64,000 nucleotides of DNA from Octopus vulgaris (taxonomy: Eukaryota). Below, piece after piece: positions 56,503 through 64,000 of this stretch (positions are counted from its first letter, which is position 1; each line of letters begins with the position of its first letter). The stretch covers positions 67,270,001 to 67,334,000 of the forward strand of contig OX597815.1 in assembly GCA_951406725.2 (NCBI GenBank), given 5' to 3'. The notes under the pieces were generated by a model. That model searched no databases. It was not told the origin of the DNA and saw nothing but the letters and a program-made list of their open reading frames with translations. The translations under genes and the position numbers were made by a program.

Positions 56503-56670
56503 CGACGAGCTTCCACACTGTTCTGTTTCCATTTACGAAATTCCCTCATAAGGCATTGGTCAGCCCGCGGCTGTAGTAGAAGGCACTTGCCTAAGGTTCT
56601 GTATAGTAGGACTGAACCAGAAATCACACTGGTTGTAAAACGAGCTTCTTAACCACACAGCCATGCCTGC
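56503..56670 (-). mobile_element. tRNA-derived CORE-type SINE (family C); other copies at about 28695-28846 and 37480-37595
   Basis: Reverse complement gcaggcatggctgtgtggttaagaag..ggttcagtcc..accttaggcaagtgccttctact. Confidence 0.8.
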
Positions 56671-58366
56671 GGCTACTAAAGAGAGTGAGAAGTTGTGATG
56701 TTCTTCCCCACCCCCGCCAGGCGTAAAGGCACAAGTTGTATGATATTAATCGAGAATCGAACTTGGTAACTAAGACAATTTTGTTTTCTTTCTCTTAGGT
56801 GTTCAGCATACACAGGTTTTCATATCGTAACAGATGAGGATATGCCTTATATCCACATTTCTAAGTATTTTATCTTTTATTGTTGGTCACAGTGAAGTCT
56901 GACTTATTTATATAACACAGAGACATGTAATGAGAGGTTTAGCAGTAACAAACTGGGAGTTGTTAGTATTCATGCATTTCCAACAGCGAATTACTGTCGG
57001 GACTTGCCTACAACTAAAATTGAAACTGACTTGAGAATACTTGTGCAAGGAGTTTACCATATTGATGTCTCACGAAAAGGCAACTGCATATATTTTAGCT
57101 ACTATATTTCTTCTTGAAGTATTAATTGCTGCCGATGTTGGTCCACACCAATTTCCTCTAATTCTAGATTTTACCAAATGTATACATACTGGTTTCTTTT
57201 CACTAAGCACGAAAGTTATATTTTTTCAGAAGAGAGATGTAACAGCTAGGTTTCCCTTCAAGCAATTAGTGGCATAAGCGATATGAAATGGTTACAAACT
57301 GAGAACAGAAATAGTGTTATAATACTGTCTTACCGTATATAAGATGAATAAAAGGTCATTTCGTGTCACTAGGTATATTAGCAATTTTTGCATCTACGTA
57401 ACGACATACGGAACTAAATTGACTCCAGTATATTAATGGGGTATTGGAAAATTTTCTATTGAATTTGAAGCGATGATAAGGAAGGTCGACCTCAACGAGG
57501 TTTCAGCTGTGATTTGAGATGTATTAAATTATTTAAAGTCTAGTTTGATGGTCGCTTATAGCAAGATTGCCATAGAAAACCCCATGAAAGTTGTTCAATT
57601 TCATCATTGTAGTCCTCTGTACACGTTCGCCTCCAACTAAGAGTATAAAAAATCAACATTTGATGCAGAATTTTAACATTTCTTCTTCTTCAAGTGGTTG
57701 CTAGTGAGATACTATATTCTCATTTTGTTGATTTTATACTGGTGCATTGACTTTAGAAGTCCAGATTCCTCCTGCAAGGCAACAATTTCTATTCCAACAT
57801 AGATGATTGCTGTCTACTGCCAAATCCAGGACCCGATGAGGTCAAGGTGATATAGTAATGCAGTTGCTCCTGAGACACCAATCCACATCTCCTTCGACTT
57901 CTAGCCAAAAGGGATTTTTAAACCTTATATTTATATGCTATTACTTATAGCTTTATGATCCAATTTCAAAAGAATTATTCCTTGTTCTCTCAGAAGTTAA
58001 TCAATTCTTATGAGGTCATCACGCACACACACACCGATATATAATCAATATTCTTTATTTTATATTTATAGACCTCAATATTCCATGTTTTGTATTGCTC
58101 GTAGTTTCCATAACTCATACACTCCATAGAATTGGCTACATACTTAATAATCCAAATAACGTGCTATAAACCCAGATGCTTAAAATCTTTTGCTTTTTAC
58201 TGTTGTTGGTAATTATTAAAAATGATAGATTCCCCGAAAGAGCTTTCTGAGTGAGCAGAGTTAACAGCCAAGTAAGCACCCAAGCACTCATGTCATTCAG
58301 CAAAAATAAACGGAATGAAAACTGGCAACTTTTTACTAGTTTACACAAACACGTAGATACTCACCA

Positions 58367-58434
<68 letters not shown>

Positions 58435-58676
58435 TATATATATATGAATAATGATAATATAAATACACAGAAATAAATTAAAAACGAGTGCTTTATGTGA
58501 AACAAGGACTAAGACTTCTAAGGCTAAAGGGAAATAAAGAAGACCTCAGAAAAAATATAGATAAAAAGACAAATATATATATATAATTATACATGTATGT
58601 ATGTATGTATGTATATATACATACAGAGAGAGACAGAGAGAAAATGATAGAGAAAATAGAAAGAAAGAGAGATAGT

Positions 58677-58728
<52 letters not shown>

Positions 58729-59142
58729 AGAGAGGAGAGAGGAGAGAGGAGAGAGAGAGAGAAAGAGAGAGATAGAGAGAGAGAGGGAGAGAGAAAGCGA
58801 TAATTGTATACGAGATGTGTAAAATGGTGTAATTTTCAACAAGTACTTCTAATGGCTTGCCGAAAACATAATATCATTTTCGTAGCGAGACTATTTATTA
58901 ACATTAGCTTTATGATAACATCGGCAAATCTTGTAACGGCCGTATTATGACTAAAGAATTCGCCATTAAGCTCGTAGTTGCATTTCATGGCATAGCAAAT
59001 CGTTTGGGGGATGTAACCCCAATAACACTATTTTCATGGCAAGGTTAAATATGTTTTTAAGGTTATTATTATGTTGTGTACGTTAAGTGTATTTTTACAT
59101 ATTGGAATAGTTTATATCATTGCTACTTATTTAATTTAGGAT

Positions 59143-59352
59143 AAGGCAGTGAACTAGCGGAATCGCGAACGTGTCGGACAAAATGCTTCGCGGTTTAGTC
59201 CGCCCTTATATTCTAAGTTCAAATTCTACTGAGGTCAATTTGCTTTTCATCCGTTCGAGGTTGCTAAAACAAGTACCAGTTGAATATTGGGTTAATATAA
59301 TCGACTAACTTCCTCCTCTCAAATTTCAGGCCTTGTGCCCAGAGTAGAAAGT
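59143..59352 (+). mobile_element. SINE family A
   Basis: aggcagtgaactagcggaatcg..aagttcaaattctactgaggtcaatttgcttttcatcc..aagtaccagttg. Confidence 0.8.
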
Positions 59353-59355
59353 GTC

Positions 59356-59724
59356 ATTACTACCTCCACCTTAGCGAAGGCGGAGGTATTGTTTTCAGTC
59401 GTGTTTGTTTGTTAGTCTGTCCGTGGACAGGATATCTCAAGAACTGCCTGATGTATTCGGATGAAACTTTCAGGGATGTTTGGCCTCGTGACTGGCACGA
59501 ACTGATTAAATTTTGGGATCGATCCGGTACCGGACAAGGATTCTGGATTGTTTTTCTTGCTTTTTTACTTAATTTTTGAGAGCGGTCGGGTTCATTTTTA
59601 GTATTCTCGTTTGTGAGAGCAGTCAAGTTTATTTCAGATATTCTCATTTTATAAATTATCTCTGGTTAATCGTTGAGAGGACGTTGGTGTTGTCTTGGCA
59701 GAGGTTTGCGTTCTCTGAGTGCTC

Positions 59725-59729
<5 letters not shown>
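59356..59729 (+). mobile_element. Helentron-associated (DINE-1/HINE-like) non-autonomous element
   Basis: 5' subTIR acctccacc with nearby complement ggcggaggt; (GTTT/GTCT) microsatellite; 3' ggcagaggt followed by short hairpin gcgttc-tct-gagtgc; TT-rich ends. Confidence 0.8.
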
Positions 59730-59756
<27 letters not shown>

Positions 59757-59831
59757 GTTGTTGTTGTTGTTGTTGTTGTTGTTATTATTGTTATTCTTCT
59801 TCTTCTTCTTCTTCTTCTTCTTCTTCTTCTT

Positions 59832-60132
<301 letters not shown>

Positions 60133-61394
60133 TATTAGGAATGTGTAATATGTGAAGGCGCATGGCCTAAATGTCAGGATGCTGCACTTGATTCCCTTCA
60201 ACAGACTGGTACCCGTTTAGGGAATATGTTGTGATCTTGGTCACTCAAACACCATGAAAACAGGATAATCAGATCTGTGTGTCTCAAAACTCGAGGCAGT
60301 AATGTCAAGAGGTACTTTACTTTTGTTTTTACTGTGTTAGTGTTTTGTTAGCGAGTTTTTTTTTACTGGGTCCCTAGTATACAATTTGTTAGGTTATTGA
60401 CGATCCGTGGGTCAAAATCAAGCCACGTATGTCATAATGAATAAATATGAAACCATGAACGTTACTTCTTCATATTTCCATATCAATGTAGAGACTTTCT
60501 GCCTAATCGATAGAAATCAATACTTAAAGATACATAGAATAGCGGAGTTTACAAATAGTTGAGCATTGATTGAATATGTTAATGTAGAGAAGTATATCCG
60601 ACGTACTGCGTTCACACCCAACCAGGGTGTATAGTTTTCGTTTTATGACCCCGAAGCCAGCAAAATAAGTACCAGTTGAGCCAGCAAGCAATGTTAACAT
60701 GCTAAAAATAACAGCTAAATCTTACCAAAATCACACTCTAACGTCCTAAAAACGTTTAAAGCATTGGAAAAAAAAGAAGGGATTTTTTAGAACATAGGTC
60801 ATCTCGACTCTTGTTAAACTGGATTAACATGTTACCTGCTCTAATTTTTTCAACCACTTGGACTTATGAAAGGGAAGCTTTATATTATTCTGAACATATG
60901 AAACAATGGCTAAATAAAATTCTGCAAACAAGCTTGGATGTAAGGACAAATTTATAAAAAATACTCTGGGCAGGCAAATGGTTAAGTCACTGCAATAACA
61001 CATAAGTACCAGTAATATACTATTATTTATTCATTTCGTTACACTCAACTATCATTTTAAAATGCTTGGTCCTAAGAAAAATCAATATTTAGTAGGATAT
61101 AATTTCATTCGATTCTTTCCAAGGCAATAAAAATGGAAAAAAATTCCAAGTCTATTATTTACCAATAAATAAAAGAATAAAAGAGAGCCGACATTTGTTT
61201 TATTACATTTTTAGATCTAAATTTTCACTTTCTCCATGGTATTAAAAAAATTACAGAAGAAAGGTCAGTTCTCTATTTCGTTCTCTGATATGATACTCTT
61301 TCTAGCCTCACTCACACGCCAGCCCCTGCTGCCATAGCCAAGCAAAATTGGATAAACTTCAAAGAAAAAGCACCCAACATAAATAACAACCAGA

Positions 61395-61438
<44 letters not shown>

Positions 61439-61871
61439 TCACCACAACCACCACCACCAACAGCAACAACAACACCAACAACACCAACACTACTACTACT
61501 AGAGAATTATTACTATTATTACTATTTTTTACTATTACAATTTTTTACTATTACTATTATTATTAGCATTATCATTATTGTTGTTGTTATTTGTATTATA
61601 ACCGTTATTATCAATATCAGTTTTATTATTATTACAATTATTATTATTACTATGATTATTGTAAATTTTATTATTTCTATCATTTTAATTATTGCTGCTG
61701 CTACTACTGCTACTATTATTATTATCATTACTATTACCATTATTATCACCATCATCATTATCATTGTTATTAATATTATAATTATTATTATTGTTAATGT
61801 TTTTATTACTACTGTTACCTCCTCCTCCTTATCGTTACTGTTCTTGTCGTTGTTGATGCCTTTGTTGTTGA

Positions 61872-61902
<31 letters not shown>

Positions 61903-62304
61903 GTTGTTGTTGTTGTTATTGTTGTTGTTGTTGCTGCTGCTGCTGCTGTTGTTGTTGTTGTTATTGTTATTCGCAAATATAACATAAAACTTATAACTTC
62001 CTCTATTCAGTTTTGAAGCCTTTGTCATTATGGTATGGCCATTGTTTATGTTTTACGATGTCATAGCCACATTAAAAATATATTTACTATTATCACTGCT
62101 ATTGACTACTACTACTGCTACTACTACTACTACTACTACTACTAGAATTAGTAGTAGTAGTTGTAGTAACAGTAGTAGTAGCAGCAGCAGTTATTATTGA
62201 AGGCTGGGGTCGATGTAATCGCCTCTTACCCTCCCTCAAGATTGCTGCCCCTGTGACAAAATTTGAAACCATTATTATTGTTGTTATTGATATTATTATT
62301 ATTA

Positions 62305-62357
<53 letters not shown>

Positions 62358-62590
62358 GTTGTTGTTGTTGTTGTTGTTGCTGTTATGTTTATCACTCATA
62401 TTAGTAATAGTAGGTGGGTGGTAATAGCAGCAGCAGTAGCAATAATAGTAGCAACAGCAGCAGAAGTAGTAGTAGTAGAAGTAGTAGAAGTAGTCGTAGT
62501 AGTAGTAATAGTAGAAATAGTAGTAGTAGTAGTAGTAGTAGAAGTAGTAGTAGTAGTACTAGTAGAAGTAGTAGTAGTAGTTGTAGTAAC

Positions 62591-62658
<68 letters not shown>

Positions 62659-63137
62659 GTTTTGCTGCTGTTGTTTTCCGATGGCGACAGACACACTGAC
62701 TTCTAAACATTGTGATTGCTATTGATTTTAATTTCGAAACAACAACAACCAGAACAACCACAATCACAGCAGTAACGTATCATCATCAGCAGCTACACTA
62801 ACATTAACAACTACAACTAAAACAAGAAATTTACGATAATGATGTTTATTTTACGAAGTTCTAATGAACACAGAATAGGGGTTGTTGTTGGTTTTGTTTT
62901 TGTTTTCGTTGAAGCTGCTGCTGCTGCTGCTAATGATGATGATGATGATGATGGTGATGCTAATGATGATGACGACGACGATGATGACGATGGCTTTGAT
63001 GATGTTGATGATGATGTTGATGACGATAATGATGATAGAGATAATGACAATGACGGCAATAACGAAGATGATGCTAGCTATAATGATGATGATGAGATAA
63101 TAATGCTGCTGCTGATGACGATGACGACGATGACGAT
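61395..63137. repeat. Cluster of trinucleotide microsatellites (CTA, ATT, GTT, GTA, GAT), with a SINE 3' remnant at about 62200-62270
   Basis: Direct inspection. Confidence 0.95.
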
Positions 63138-63599
63138 GCGTGAAAAAACACAACGTAACGGTAAAATCTTTATCCAATCGATATGAAGTTAAATAACTTA
63201 AAAGCAGATTTTTGCGAAGAGGCTTTTTCAGGAGGCGTTAATAATGGTGGTTTATCATGAATGTGCTACTACTGCTGCTGATGAAGATAATGATGGAAAA
63301 TAGTGATGATTGTGAAATAATAGAAACATCAATTAGAAACACGATAGCAACAACTACAGAAACGGTATCGACGAAAATGTACTCAATAACCTTTTGTAGA
63401 AGACTTCTACTTCGCAGATCATCAATATCTTAGAAAAGTTCTTGGTCTGACGTTGGAGCGGGAGGGAAGAGTGTGGAATATGAGAAGCATTCTGGAAAAT
63501 CGATACAAACACGATAATGATTCAGCCGGACCCACTCATGATAGAGGAAAATCGCAGAAACGATCTTGAACACATTCGTTCAATGTACAAAATTCGCTG

Positions 63600-64000
63600 A
63601 CTTCCGGAATGATTAGACTGGCTATTATCAGGTGGAGGACAAATTTGGATAGCATCCGCCATATTTCGAAGAAATTGAAAATGTGTATGCGTGTGGTGTG
63701 AGTTGTGATGGCAAATAGTTTTCTTCTTTCTGGTAACTATGGCGACATAGATAATACGGAGTGGAATTGTGAATTCTGATCAGAACAGCTTTGGTTTCAT
63801 CGAAAAATTCATGAAGAGGAAGCTTAGGATGGATAAGGGTTCTTGGGTACATAGCAAACTGCGGATGACCAACGTGATCTATAGATTTGACTATAAAACT
63901 GGAAGCTGCAAACTTCAGGACTCTAACTGCTACATAGGACAGACTGGTTGAACACTCTCACGTAGGCTTACCATGCATTCGGAACATGGAACATAACATT
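63600..64000 (+). mobile_element. Penelope-like fragment (GIY-YIG start), cut by the window end
   Basis: From about 63868: NVIYRFD..C...YIGQTG*TLSRRLTMH. The preceding ~200 bp may be an inverted RT remnant (weak). Confidence 0.7.

Overview
AT-rich eukaryotic, mostly non-coding DNA, very dense in microsatellites and interspersed repeats. The repeat landscape suggests a cephalopod (Octopus-like) genome; this is an inference. Nearly all ORFs in the supplied track are microsatellite translations. The only host coding sequence I can support is the terminal exon of a copper-containing amine oxidase (37893-38066, +), which the ORF track missed. The remainder includes many tRNA-derived SINEs, at least seven decayed Penelope-like element (PLE) fragments, an R4/Dong-type non-LTR RT fragment, an internally deleted Tc1, and Helitron/Helentron-type non-autonomous elements. 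The main unexplained signal is a set of several sequence-unrelated minimal type I hammerhead ribozyme (HHR) motifs in PLE terminal repeats. One occurs in a composite element (tRNA head, (AAT)n, HHR module) with an inverted duplicate, which may be a PLE-mobilised, ribozyme-carrying SINE. Also present are a telomeric-repeat insertion with a 15-bp duplication and several templated inversions. All calls were made by eye with no database search, and repeat boundaries are approximate.
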